From NCBI GenBank assembly GCA_964016885.1, contig OZ024741.1:173724001-173788000 (forward strand): a stretch of DNA of 64,000 nt. Direction: 5' to 3'. Of this stretch, positions 29,600 through 53,415 are shown piece by piece (positions within the stretch are counted from its first letter, which is position 1; each line of letters starts with the position of its first letter). Position numbers and translations under genes: made by a program. The notes beneath the pieces were generated by a model. That model searched no databases and had not been told where the DNA came from. It worked only from the letters and a program-made list of their open reading frames with translations. Origin of the DNA: Eledone cirrhosa. Its lineage: Eukaryota.

Positions 29600-30395
29600 T
29601 AATTGTTTCTACTTTTGGCACAAGGCCAGCAATTATCCCAGTGCATTACTGGTACTTTATTTTATCGACCTCGTAAGGATGAAAGGCAAAGTTAACCTCG
29701 ACGGGATTTAAACACAGATCATAAAGGGTCGTAACTCTTTGCTGCAAAGCATGGCGTCCGACCCTTATATTATATCTGTAATGGCACAAGGCCAGCAATT
29801 AATTCCAGTGCATTACTGGTACTTGATTTTATCGACCCTGTAAGTATGAAAGGCAAAGTTAACCTCGGTGGGATTTGAACTCAGAATGGAAAGGGGCGTA
29901 ACTCTATGCGTCAAAGCATGGCGTCCGACCCTCTACTGATACTGCCAACCCACCGGTTAATAATGCTGACACACATACACTCACACACAACTTAGCTGTT
30001 TGTAAAGAAACAACCAGCTTATTCTCATTTGACATCTTATAATAAACAAAAATAAACAGTGAAGGAAAAACGATTAATATAGATCAATAGACATAAATCT
30101 TCACTTCAGAATGGTATATCACATGAACATAGTTAAATGAAAATATGTTCCAAAATAAGCATTACATTTTAAATATAACAAAAACCACAATTATTTTTTA
30201 CCCAACCAAATAATTGTTTCTACTTTAGGCACAAGGCCAGCAATTACCCAGTGCATTACTGGTACTTTATTTTATCGACCCCGTAAGGATGAAAGGCAAA
30301 GTCAACCTCAGCGAGATTTGAACTCAGATCGTAAAGGGACGTAGCTACGCTGGAAAGCATGTCCGACCCTTTACCGATACTGCCAATCCACCGCT
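29600..30395 (-). mobile_element. three tRNA-derived SINE copies (~29600-29765, 29782-29955, 30211-30393)
   Basis: Repeated ACTGGTACTTTATTTTATCGACC.CGTAAGGATGAAAGGCAAAG core and GATTTGAACTC B box. Confidence 0.8.
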
Positions 30396-30544
30396 AATAA
30401 TAGACGTCAATTAGAGATTATGTTCAACCTAGTTGCATCATTACGAATTTTTTGTGCATTGTTTTAGTAGAAGTTTATTAATTTTTATGATTGTGCTCAC
30501 TTTCGTTTTGCCCGTCAGAGGTTGTCATTGTTGAATGATTAAAA

Positions 30545-30975
30545 ATAATATAATCTCCGCGAAATCGGAATGTCAGCAGCCCGTCTGAGGAAGGAGCCCC
30601 GCGAGGTGGTTGGTTGTTGCAGCGGGTGTTGCTGGCCATTGTCTATGGAAATGCCTTTGCTAATTTGTCCGCAGGGTGCAGCTCCAAAACCGCTCCGCCC
30701 TAATCCCAGAGCTCATCACCCCTTCCCCCGCCATTTCTTCTGTAGCCCAAGAGTCTTTGCTTTTTCCTTCCTTTTCCTCTCATTTATGGCATTTATAGTC
30801 CTCTGCTCTACTTTACCATACAGCCAGATCTACCCTTCTTTACCCCTTCCCCTTTTTATCATTACTTAATTTTACTTTTATCTTTCTTTTTCATATTTAT
30901 GTAATCATCAATGATTTTTAAGCCAACTTTGTGAATAAAATAAAGTACTGTTTTTACAGTTGAAAAGAAAAAAGT
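30545..30975 (+). mobile_element. CRE-clade (restriction-like endonuclease) non-LTR retrotransposon 3' fragment
   Basis: LREIG...EPRE, then after a frameshift WLLQRVLLAIVYGNAFANLSAG, the typical CRE C-terminal WLxQRxxLAIxRGNA motif. Followed by AATAAA and an A-rich tail. Confidence 0.6.
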
Positions 30976-31000
30976 ATTATAATATATATACACGTATAAT

Positions 31001-31150
31001 CTCTATATATAAAACTGATGTTGTCTGTGTCCTCATTTTTGCAAAGTCTATACAAATACACATTTCTACCCCGATTGACCTTCAAACTAACATTTATATA
31101 TTCCTTGCGGTCTAAAGATACTAAATGACGCTTTTAGTTTTCAATTTTCT
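31001..31150 (+). mobile_element. Helitron-like 5' end fragment
   Basis: ATCTCTATATATAAAA..GTTGTCTGTGT...ACATTTCTACCCCGATTGAC resembles the 5' end at 12079. Confidence 0.4.
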
Positions 31151-31278
31151 GTTGTTAAAGGGGTGTTAGACGCCGGTTATCCATTTCCGTTGAGCCCTTA
31201 TAATATCTGTATGTCTGGCTGTCTGCATAACGACACTCTGACGAACACGTCATTGTTGACGTATTATCTTCGCTACAT

Positions 31279-38056
<6,778 letters not shown>

Positions 38057-38415
38057 TGGGAGGAGGACGTTATAGTTCACTTGAAGCATCGTGTAATGAG
38101 GTATAAACGTTAGAATATGTGTAACAAGGCCAAGACAATGCAGGTATGAACATAGAAAAAAAGAATGCAATAGTGAAAGATATTGATGTGAATTCGTCTT
38201 TCACCTTGAATTTATTTAAATGTCCTTAATTTTCGAGATAATATCTCTTCTTCAGACGCTCGTTTGAGACCTTTACTTCCCTCCGAAGAAGAGATATTAT
38301 CTCGAAAATTAAGGACATTTAAATAAATTCAAGGTGAAAGACGAATTCACATCAATATCTTTCACTATTGCATTCTTTTTTTCTATGTCCATACCTGCAT
38401 TGTCTTGGCCTTATT
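38057..38415. mobile_element. fold-back non-coding island (PLE pLTR-like) with hammerhead-like core; further copies at 39532-39905 and 56951-57373
   Basis: Inverted arms of ~130-190 bp. Core CCGAAGA-a-GAGAT(att)ATCTC-GAAA. Confidence 0.65.
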
Positions 38416-38615
38416 NNNNNNNNNNNNNNNNNNNNNNNNNNNNNNNNNNNNNNNNNNNNNNNNNNNNNNNNNNNNNNNNNNNNNNNNNNNNNNNNNNNNN
38501 NNNNNNNNNNNNNNNNNNNNNNNNNNNNNNNNNNNNNNNNNNNNNNNNNNNNNNNNNNNNNNNNNNNNNNNNNNNNNNNNNNNNNNNNNNNNNNNNNNNN
38601 NNNNNNNNNNNNNNN
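38416..38615. other. assembly gap (200 N)
   Basis: Run of n. Confidence 1.
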
Positions 38616-39438
38616 AATTTCGGTACATAGAATCCAGTCCTCGCAAGCTGTTCGATCTACCGAATTATTATTATTTTTATATGAGCCGCCAGTGTCCGCG
38701 CATTGCCTGGAGACTTAACTGAGAATAGACTTCCTGATGACGCAATGAATTCTCGACAGTTGGATTACGTAACTGTCTTTATCCCATTGCAGAAACTAAT
38801 TAGTTGGAGTGAAAATTTAAGTAAGAAAAAAATTTTTTTTAAATTTTTTTTAAAAAAAATATTTTCTTATTTTACGTCCTTTATATTATTGTTCTGCATT
38901 CTCCTGCATTGAACCACCTAGGTACTATGACATAACCTGTGTATTTGCTGGCATGGGCGTGCATCTGTGCGCTTATGTTAGTTGATATATTAAATTATCT
39001 ATATTTATCTCCAAATCACTGATTTGTCGAGCAAACTTGTCAAAACCACTTCTAAAAAAATTTTTTTTGGGGTGTTAGTAGGCGTCAGTCATCTTACCAT
39101 CCCATTCCTTCTAACTAGCCTCTGTGTCACGTGATTGATTCTTTAGAATCGGCCATTTGACTTGAAGCAGTGAGAATTTCGGTACATAGAATCCAGTCCT
39201 CGCAAGCTGTTCGATCTACCGAATTATTATTATTTTTATATGAGCCGCCAGTGTCCGCGCATTGCCTGGAGACTTAACTGAGAATAGACTTCCTGATGAC
39301 GCAATGAATTCTCGACAGTTGGATTACGTAACTGTCTTTATCCCATTGCAGAAACTAATTAGTTGGAGTGAAAATTTAAGTAAGAAAAAAATTTTTTTTA
39401 AATTTTTTTTAAAAAAAAATATTTTCTTATTTTACGTC

Positions 39439-39443
<5 letters not shown>
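38616..39443 (+). mobile_element. non-coding tandem element (559-bp period) with degenerate hammerhead motif
   Basis: 38616-38883 recurs at 39175-39443. CTGATGA at 38734 and 39294 is followed by CAGTT...AACTG-TC; the GAAA box is degenerate. Confidence 0.5.
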
Positions 39444-39514
<71 letters not shown>

Positions 39515-39902
39515 ATACATATATATATATATGGGAGGAGGACGTTATAGTTCACTTGAAGCATCGTGTAATGAGGTATAAACGTTAGAATATGTGTAAC
39601 AAGGCCAAGACAATGCAGGTATGAACATAGAAAAAAGAATGCAATAGTGAAAGATATTGATGTGAATTCGTCTTTCACCTTGAATTTATTTAAATGTCCT
39701 TAATTTTCGAGATAATATCTCTTCTTCAGACGCTCGTTTGAGACCTTTACTTCCCTCCGAAGAAGAGATATTATCTCGAAAATTAAGGACATTTAAATAA
39801 ATTCAAGGTGAAAGACGAATTCACATCAATATCTTTCACTATTGCATTCTTTTTTCTATGTCCATACCTGCATTGTCTTGGCCTTATTACACATATTCTA
39901 AC

Positions 39903-39982
<80 letters not shown>

Positions 39983-39993
39983 TTATTCAGGTT

Positions 39994-40059
<66 letters not shown>

Positions 40060-41143
40060 CTAAGGCGGGTAAAATTCCCGAGATCCATGGACGAGTTCGC
40101 TCCAGCGGTCTCTGTCCCTCATTATCGCTGCCATATCCTGCATCTCCAACAGACCAGTGTCTGTCCTTAGGGCATCAACATATTTTAACCTTGGTCTTCC
40201 TCTTCTAGTGTGTCCATGTAGGGGCTCCCAAAGTAGCACTGAGTGCAATGTCAACTCTGGATGTCGGTGAGCATGTCCAGCCAACCTCAGTCTCCTCTGT
40301 GTCACTTTGAGCTGACTTTTGGGATGCTCCCATACAGCTCTGAGTTTTTCATCCTCAGTGTATACTGATTAATGTTCAGAGCCATCCTCAGCATTCTCGT
40401 GTAGCACCCATCCACCACCTGAGTGAGTCTCTTGGTCAGTATCCAAGTCTCAGACCCATACAGCAGCACAGACTCCACTACAGCAATGAAGAGGCGGATT
40501 TTCAGGTCTCTACGAAGGTCCGACTTCCACACCGATCTCAAGCTGTGACACGCCGCCCAGGCCTTGCTCTTCCTCTCAACCACATCATCTTCTGTATTCC
40601 CAATCTTTGCTCCCAAATACAGGAAGTCCTCAACCAATTCCGGCGGCTTCCCGCCTACATTAGTGATCCCCTCTGGCTTCTCAACATTCTCTACCAGATA
40701 TTTTGTTTTAGTCTCATTCATTCTCAGCCCCACACTCATCGACACAGTCTCAACCTCCCGCATCAAATCCTCTGCCTCCTTCACTGTATTTGTCACCAAA
40801 ACTATGTCGTCGGCAAATTCAGCATCCGATACCTTTTTCGCCCCAACTCTCCTGCTCTGAGCCGGTGCTACAGTAAAGCCAGAGTCCTGGTGTTTCTCCA
40901 GTGCAAGGCGCATACAATAGTCCACTACGATGATAAAAAGGTAGGGAGCCAATGTATCTCCCTGGAGCACTCCAGCCAGTATCTCAAAGAACTCTGTCAT
41001 CCCATCAGGTGTAATGACTTGGGCTTTGGTGTTGGTGTAGAGCAGTGATATCAGGTCCACTATCCTGTTGGGGATTCCATAAGCCTGTAAGATCTTCATC
41101 AGGCAGTAACGGTCCACAGAATCAAAGGCCTTCCTGCGGTCAT
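40060..41143 (-). mobile_element. 5'-truncated RTE-clade LINE embedded in (TA)n
   Basis: [59 protein letters not shown]; frameshift at ~40303. Confidence 0.9.
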
Positions 41144-44271
<3,128 letters not shown>

Positions 44272-44382
44272 GTATATATATATATATGCATATGTATATA
44301 TATGTATATATATATATATATATATACATAATATATACATATATATATATACATATATATATATACATATATATATATATGC

Positions 44383-44417
<35 letters not shown>

Positions 44418-44478
44418 CATATATAAAGATATATATATATATATATACATATATAAAGATATATATATATATATATGC

Positions 44479-44511
<33 letters not shown>

Positions 44512-44522
44512 CATATATAAAG

Positions 44523-44580
<58 letters not shown>

Positions 44581-47500
44581 CGATATTAATAAATGGAAAC
44601 TATATTTGTAAAACCATATTTATTTCATTATACATATTTCAGGGATACCAAATTAAATTATGGTATGCCTTCATCAGACAAAATACAATATATAACAGTT
44701 TTACAAATAAGCTTTGACGTACCCTATGAAAATGCAACCAATGTTTTTGGAAGTCATCCAGATAGTGATTTGTTTATATTACTTTAATAAGTCATAGTTT
44801 TAAGGACAATTAGAAAAAGACGGAGAGAAAGAAAAGACGTGGAGAAATATCGGAGAGAGAGAGAAATGCATGGAGGAAAAAAAAAAAAAAAAAAAAAAGA
44901 GATAAGTAAAGACAGGAGGAATGGAAGAAAGAAAAAGGAAGAAATAAGAAAAACAGAGGTAAGTAACAGAGAGATATTAAGTCAACAGACAGATAGAAAA
45001 ACTCAAGAGAGAGAAATGTTATATATAGAGAGAGGGAGATTATGAAAACTTTACGTCATGTCATGTTAAGTTGAGTTAACAATTCATATGAAATGAATAA
45101 TAAAAATATAAATATTAATATTCATGAATGGGACATAGATATATAATATGAGAAATTAAACATTGTTTAATAATGACTATATGTTTAGTTTAAACCTTGA
45201 GATCAATATACCAAAATTTGGGTTTAATCTCCAAAATGTACACATTGCTATAGGAGTCAGTATCTCAGGCAAAGACACACAAATACATATATATCTATAT
45301 ATAAACGCACGTCCTGAAAATAGAAATTATATTTACTCAAGTCAACAATATAGACATATAAAGCGCAGACGATTTCTCTTAATCACTGCTATACATTCCT
45401 TGTGTTATAAAAAGTTCACAGTATATATACACATAAATATATACGATTAACATTCATGACTTCATATATATGATAACCATTCATGCATTTAACATTTTGT
45501 TAAAATTATGCATATCTGCAATCCAAACTGCGTGGTTATGCAACATAACTTTTACCCACACATATACATACACACACACATATACATATACACCTATATA
45601 TGTATAAATAAATATCTGCGTGCGTCATCAGGCATCGCTCATGTATACATACAGACATATATACAATCATAAAAAACCTATAACACTTTTATATGCATGT
45701 TAATACACACATAGACATTTGTATAGAGATAATCAAATATCAATATATTACTAAGGATTATACTTTGGAAATATAATTATACCAATATAAATTTAAAATA
45801 CCAAAGGATTATATTTTGGAAATACAACTATATCAATATAGTCAAAAGGACAAACGAATTCTAGAAATGTCAAAGCATTAAATATCTTTAAAACACTATA
45901 GAGTATCTTAAGTTAAAATAATACGTTTCATATATTTAGTATAGAAAAATTATCCTACTTATATTTCAATCAAGATATTGAAAGGGTAGACTTATGAGAA
46001 TTATAAGAAGCTATCAGAATCAAAGCAAAACTAATAAAAATAAATAAAAATAAAATAAAATAAAAGTTAAATAAATATTATATCAATATAATTTAAAAAT
46101 TTAAAAATCTAAAAATTTAAAAAAATTTAAAAAAAACTTAAAAAAATTTTTAAAATTCAAAAATTTAAAAGAATTATAAAAACCCAAGGATTCTACAGAT
46201 ATCCTTATATTTAGTATAGAAATTTATCCTACGTATATTTTATTTAAGATATTGTAATTATAGACATTTTAAAGTAGTTTATTATATCTATGTTTATATT
46301 TAGGAAGAAAATTTAAAAAGAAAAAGGTGAAGGAATCTAATGATTTATCGACAGGTTTTATATATTAACTAAATTACTTAATTAATTATACTACATTTTA
46401 AATTTATATTTATATTTAAACGTTGAGTTCAATCTATGTCTGCAGCAACTGAATAAATTGTTCCTTAAATTAAGGGAATTTTTGGACTTTAATATAAAGA
46501 ATATTTCTTCAATACAAAGATCACAATTTTCTGAAGAGGAATTAAAAGGAGTAGCTTATGAAATAATATTCCAAGTCATCGAATATTTAACATTATCTCG
46601 TTTTAGGTCCCATAGTTTTAGGTCCCAAGATTTTTTGTTTGGATCTGTGAAAGAATTTTTATGATTATTGAAGCGAAATTTAAATCCAGTCGAGGTAGAA
46701 CCAACATAGTTAAATGAATTTAAATTAGTTTTAACATTACAATTGTACACTACATTTTTAGCTAAGCAGTTGTTATTTAACGGACAGTTAGATTTATTTC
46801 TACAGTTACAGTTATTCAATTGAATATTGCTTGGGTTATTATTGGTATTTTGGTTAGGTTTTAAATTTCTATTATTAATTCTATTAATATTTTGTGCTAA
46901 ATTTTTGGTGGACGAGTAAGTTAATTTTATAGTGTGTCTATTAAAAATTGAGTAATATTTATGTGTTCTAGGGAAGCGTTTGTCAAGAGCTTTAAAGAAT
47001 AGTTTAGCAATAGGGGTTTTAATATTTAGTGAGAAAGGGGGAGCAAACCATAATATGTTTCTAGTTCTATTTCTTTTTCGGCTTTTGGAATTATTGTAAT
47101 GTTTTCTATTATAGTTGCTAAAGTTGTTACCATAATTAAAATTGTTATTATTTTGGTTAGTTTGCTTATTATTATTATTATTATCAATGTATTTAATTTC
47201 ATTTCTATATCCAGCTCTACGTAACGCTTCGTTGTAATACTGCGCTTTTTCATCAAATATATTTTTATTAGATGAAATTCCTGAAATTCTTTCTTGAACA
47301 GAGTTCACTATAGTATTTTTAACAGATCTGGGGTGATTAGAGTTAAAATTAACATAATTCAAGTTCTCATTTAGTTTGTGAAATGGATAATGAAGACATG
47401 TGTTGAGATTTAGTGTTACGTCAAGAAAATTGACTATTTTATGGTTATTCTCTATTTCTACTTTTAGATTATGGTAATTAAAAAATTGTATAATTTGTTT

Positions 47501-48360
47501 TCTTTTCCTATTTAGTTCACAGCTATTATTTTGTATAAGTAAAAGCATGTCATCACGATATAAGCCTCCGGTTACACCTGGTATTTTTCTATGTAGCGAA
47601 TTAATTATAAATAGGCCCACAAGGTCAGTTACCTGAGCTGAGTCTGATGATCCCATAGTTATGTCGAAATTATTATTTCTATCTGCCCTAGTCCAGAGTT
47701 GGTTATTAAATTCTATCAATGTTTTCCTTGCTGATAATATAATGTGCATTTCATTGCTAGTTAGGTATGTATCTTTAAATGCGTAATTTAGTGCCTTATT
47801 CAGTAGATTAGGAGTGATAGATGAATAGTAGTTAGCAATATCCAGCTGAATAAACTTATTATTATAGTTATATTTAATTTCTTTAAACCAATCGATAACC
47901 TCGCTAGTCCCTTTCCATAATTTTAAGTAAGATAAATTAGGTAAGTTTTTAATTTGTTGTATTACCCTGTCTAGAATATTTTTGCTAAGTTTGCCCAGGT
48001 CAGATTTAGATGGTGCAATTAATCTGACTGGTAAATTCTAATTGTCCTTAACACTATGACTTATTAAAGTAATATAAAGAAATCACTATCCGGATGACTT
48101 CCAAAAACAATGGTTGCATTTTAATAGGGTACGTCAAAGCTTATTTGTAAAACTGTTATATATTGTATTTTGTCTGATGAAGGCATACCATAATTTAATT
48201 TGGTATCCCTGAAATATGTATAATGAAATAAATATGGTTTTATAAATATAGTTTCCATTTATTAATATCGTATATCTACTCCAAATACTTGTCGAGTGCT
48301 TTATATCAGTTATAAAAATATTTACTTGTTGTATCCCAACAATTTTAAATAGAACTTTTG
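44581..48360 (-). mobile_element. Penelope-like element, Naiad-like clade, 5'-truncated with inverted pseudo-LTR
   Basis: RT plus GIY-YIG ORF. The pLTR at 44581-44812 is mirrored by the inverted copy at 48040-48360. Hammerheads at 44621-44685(-) and 48166-48230(+). (TA)n on both flanks. Confidence 0.85.
46391..48040 (-). pseudogene. PLE RT-GIY-YIG polyprotein fragment (one TAA at 46556)
   Basis: RLIAPSKSDLGKLSK, IQLDIANYYSSI, FDITMGSSDSAQVTDLVG, LYRDD, FLDV, SNHP, CNCRNKSNCPLNNNC, VVY..YVGST..FKFRFNNH. After the stop it continues CDLCIEE...LNLRNNLFSCCRH. Confidence 0.85.
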
Positions 48361-48373
48361 CATATATATATAC

Positions 48374-48475
<102 letters not shown>

Positions 48476-48648
48476 AAATGTGTGTAATCCTTGGTACAGT
48501 TAGGTATATTAAGACAGGGGGGAAGAAAAAATGGCTTCACTTGTGCTTTCAACAAATTTATTTTCTTCACAAAATCCCCAAAAAATTTTTCTTAAAAAAA
48601 ATTATTTTATAATTATAAAATAATTTTTTTTAAGAAAAATTCTTTATA

Positions 48649-48881
<233 letters not shown>

Positions 48882-48904
48882 TATATTTTATATACATATA
48901 CATA

Positions 48905-48955
<51 letters not shown>

Positions 48956-48968
48956 TATATACATATAC

Positions 48969-49017
<49 letters not shown>

Positions 49018-49058
49018 CATATACATATATATATATACATATATATATATACATATAC

Positions 49059-49091
<33 letters not shown>

Positions 49092-49092
49092 C

Positions 49093-49142
<50 letters not shown>

Positions 49143-49143
<1 letters not shown>

Positions 49144-49515
49144 CAATATATAGTAAGAAACACAGTAAACCGTGTGTCTAAAATTACAAGGGTTGAAAAA
49201 CCACATATGCTTGAAATATTTAACCACTGAGGAAGCCCAGGATTATCTGTTACAAACACACTCAGGGCGAAACAGATTAGGGATAATCTGCCCGAGAGAT
49301 ATAATGGTTATTGAGGGGGTTTGTATTATTATGATAATATATTTTTATTTTCATTTTGTCATTCTGTCTGTTTCTTGGTTAAATATTTCAAGCATATGTG
49401 GTTTTTCAACCCTTGTAATTTTAGACACGGTTTACTGTGTTTCTTATTATATATTGTTAATCGGCTCAGTATTTATTTGTACTTTATACTTAGAGCTTAA
49501 TGGTTACAGGGTTCT
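49143..49515 (+). mobile_element. fold-back island with hammerhead motif in the loop
   Basis: Arms 49143-49226 / 49376-49457. CTGAGGA(49227)-AGCCC..GGGC-GAAA-CAGATTA(ggga)TAATCTG-CC, with the cleavage triplet mutated; helix I TAACCA/TGGTTA. Confidence 0.6.
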
Positions 49516-49524
49516 AATTCATAT

Positions 49525-49642
<118 letters not shown>

Positions 49643-49760
49643 GTATATACATATATATATATTATATATACATATATATATATTATATATACATATATAT
49701 ATATTATATATACATGTATATATATTATATATATATATATATACATATATATATTTATAC

Positions 49761-49828
<68 letters not shown>

Positions 49829-49882
49829 ATATATATATTATATATACATATATATATATTATATATACATGTATATATATTA

Positions 49883-49914
<32 letters not shown>

Positions 49915-49931
49915 CATATATATATATATAC

Positions 49932-50042
<111 letters not shown>

Positions 50043-50053
50043 TATATACATAC

Positions 50054-50210
<157 letters not shown>

Positions 50211-50237
50211 CATATATATATACATATATATATATAT

Positions 50238-51052
50238 ATCATAAAACATGTCTATAGAATCATCAGATAAAATATATACCGTTTCCTCTCCCAATTAGCA
50301 TAATTAACCATATAAAAAATCAATTAGACCAAACTATAAGAATAAAGGCTCCTATGAAGAAATCTCCGACAAATAACCGAAAGCAGCCCCTTCGTGGCGG
50401 TTGCGACGGAGTATTTATCGAATATTTCGACAGCATGTATAAATCGACCCGATATACAGTCAACTAAACAGAATTAGATGTAAAATAAACTAGAAGAAAA
50501 GTGTACATATTTAATTACCTCTACCATGGTTTCGTCCGCATTTTAAGACATCCGATAACACTGGATATCTAGAGCTTCGGATTCTTCAGGAGTTAGCTCA
50601 AATTTAGACAATTAATTTTCCAAAGTATCGCGCCAAGAATACATTCAAAAATGGCTAAGAATCGTGACGTGGCAGCGGTCAAGTTAGAAAGGATGTGATT
50701 AGTTGCTTACGGCTGGTAGGCTTTTTGCTAGAAAGCGCAGCCCAATACAGCCAAAATTGTATCTCAACCTAACGGGAGATTATTACATATAAAGCTTTAC
50801 ATATATATATATATATAAAGTCATAGATATATATGTGTTTTGCAACGGGTCACTTTGTGCCTCAATGAAGAATTAATAAATTAAATAATCAGAGCTATGT
50901 ATCATAAAACATGTCTATAGAATCACCAGATAAAATATATACCGTTTCCTCTCCCAATTAGCATAATTAACCATATAAAAAATCAATTAGACCAAGTTAT
51001 AAGAATAAAGGCTCCTATGAAGAAATATCCGACAAATAACCGAAAGCAGCCC

Positions 51053-51053
<1 letters not shown>
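50238..51053 (-). mobile_element. retrozyme-like non-coding element, 663-bp period
   Basis: 50238-50390 recurs at 50901-51053. Minus-strand hammerhead at 50518-50593: CTGAAGA-ATCCG..CGGAC-GAAA-CCATGG-TA-GAG. Confidence 0.65.
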
Positions 51054-51101
<48 letters not shown>

Positions 51102-51119
51102 CATATATATACATATACA

Positions 51120-51221
<102 letters not shown>

Positions 51222-51285
51222 TATTTATTTATTTATTTGCTTGTTTGTTTATTTTATAACAATATATATATATACATATACATAT

Positions 51286-51315
<30 letters not shown>

Positions 51316-51316
<1 letters not shown>

Positions 51317-52415
51317 CAAGTTAATATAAATTAATATATTTGATAAACACAAATACCAACATATTCGTGTTTGTATTGTAAACGACTAAAGTTAGCTAGA
51401 TAGAAAAAACCTAATTATAATAATACAGTTTGCTTGTCTCGATTTAAAATAATAAATCAATAAAAACAAAGCATATTGGCAAATGGCCGTGGTGCTTGGA
51501 CAAATTTAAATTTCAAAATCAAACCTGTTCCGTAGACATGTTTAAACCTTAAAATCCAAATAAGTTTCGAAAAATGAAAAAGTGAAAGAATACCGCATTT
51601 CTATCTCCTCAAGCACCACGGCCATTTGCCAATATGCTTTGTTTTTATTGATTTATTATTTTAAATCGAGACAGGCAAATTAGTATTTTTCAATCTAGCT
51701 AACTTTAGTCGTTTACAATACAAACACGAATATGTTGGTATTTGTGTTTATCAAATATATTAATTTATATTAACTTGTATTACACGGCTCGGAAATACTT
51801 CTTTCTTTGAGCTATTTCATTGTAACGGACTGCCTGAGGTATGAACTCATTATTAATAGTATCACTGCTCCTTACGTAGAGCTAAATTTAGCCCCATATA
51901 AACGGCTGTTATTTCTAGCAGCACGAGTATGAGGCAGCTAGACACTGGATAACCGTGTGTGAAAAACCACGTGCGTTAAACAGTCTTTTTAAATATTTTG
52001 AAGTGGAACATACCAATTTTTCTGGTGCTTGCTGAGGAGATAGAAATGCGGTATTCTTTCACTTTTTCATTTTTCATTTTTCGAAACTTATTTGGATTTT
52101 AAGGTTTAAACCTGTCTACGGAACAGGTTTGATTTAGAAATTTAAATTTGTCCAAGCACCACGGCCATTTGTCAATATGCTTTGTTTTTATTGGTTTATT
52201 ATTTGAAATCGAGACAGGCAAACTTTATTATTATAATTAGTATTTTTCAATCTAGCTAACTTTAGTCGTTTACAATACAAACACGAATATGTTGGTATTT
52301 GTGTTTATCAAATATATTAATTTATATTAACTTGTATTACACGGGTCGGAAATACTTCTTTCTTTGAGCTATTTCATTGTAAAGGACTGCCTGAGGTTTG
52401 AACTCATTTTTAATA
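51316..52415 (+). mobile_element. retrozyme-like element: inverted arm, 543-nt monomer, partial second copy
   Basis: 51316-51611 is the reverse complement of ~52033-52337. 51610-51860 recurs at 52153-52415. A complete type-I hammerhead lies at 52023-52161. Confidence 0.8.
52023..52161 (+). ncRNA. type-I hammerhead ribozyme (predicted)
   Basis: Perfect 9-bp helix I TGGTGCTTG/CAAGCACCA, CTGAGGA 52032-52038, GAAA 52083-52086, GTC triplet 52150-52152, and an extended helix III with an AAACCTGT/ACAGGTTT hairpin. Confidence 0.75.
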
Positions 52416-52437
52416 GTATATATATATATACATATAC

Positions 52438-52513
<76 letters not shown>

Positions 52514-52584
52514 ATATACATATATATACATATACATATATATATATATACATATATACATATATATATATACATATACATATA

Positions 52585-52637
<53 letters not shown>

Positions 52638-52641
52638 ATAC

Positions 52642-52687
<46 letters not shown>

Positions 52688-52688
<1 letters not shown>

Positions 52689-53340
52689 TTGTTATACTTG
52701 GGGAGGGTCATATTTGTGTAATATTACCAGAATTAATAACAGAACACACTCACTGTTTGGTTGGTTTTCGCTTCTCGCTTCTGTGTCTTTTATATCGGTA
52801 ATTTAACTTACTCGGTCCTCAATGTTGCCATTGACTGACCGACGGTCAAAAATAATACAGATACAATATAGACACAAACACATACATATAGTTTATCATA
52901 AATCTTTCGTTGCACATCTGCAACATCGTCAGTGGTGCTATTATTTCCTCCTGTTGTATTACATGTCTACGCCATTTTTATTCAGTCTGAATAGAGACTG
53001 AATAAAAATGGCGTAGACATGTAATACAACTGGAGGAAACGATAACACCACTGACGATGTTGCAGATGTGCAACGAAAGATTTATGATAAACTATATGTA
53101 TGTGTTTGTGTCTATATTGTATCTGTATTATTTTTGACCGTCGGTCAGTCAATGGCAACATTGAGGACCGAGTAAGTTAAATTACCGATATAAAAGACAC
53201 AGAAGCGAGAAGCGAAAACCAACCAAACAGTGAGTGTGTTCTGTTATTAATTCTGGTAATATTACACAAATATGACCCTCCCCAAGTATAACAATATTTG
53301 TTTCGACACACGATTTCATATAAAAAACCTCGCAAAACTA
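52688..53340. mobile_element. palindromic dimer of the pLTR of the 57.5-59.4 kb PLE family
   Basis: Arms of ~300 bp centred at ~52991. CTGACGA-TGTTGCA..TGCAAC-GAAA in both arms. Confidence 0.8.
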
Positions 53341-53361
53341 ATTCATCGCCGCTATATATAT

Positions 53362-53408
<47 letters not shown>

Positions 53409-53415
<7 letters not shown>

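Noticed and set aside
48582-48642. 60-bp AT palindrome as a terminator or ncRNA
   Set aside because: It is low complexity and more simply another small fold-back end; no functional evidence.
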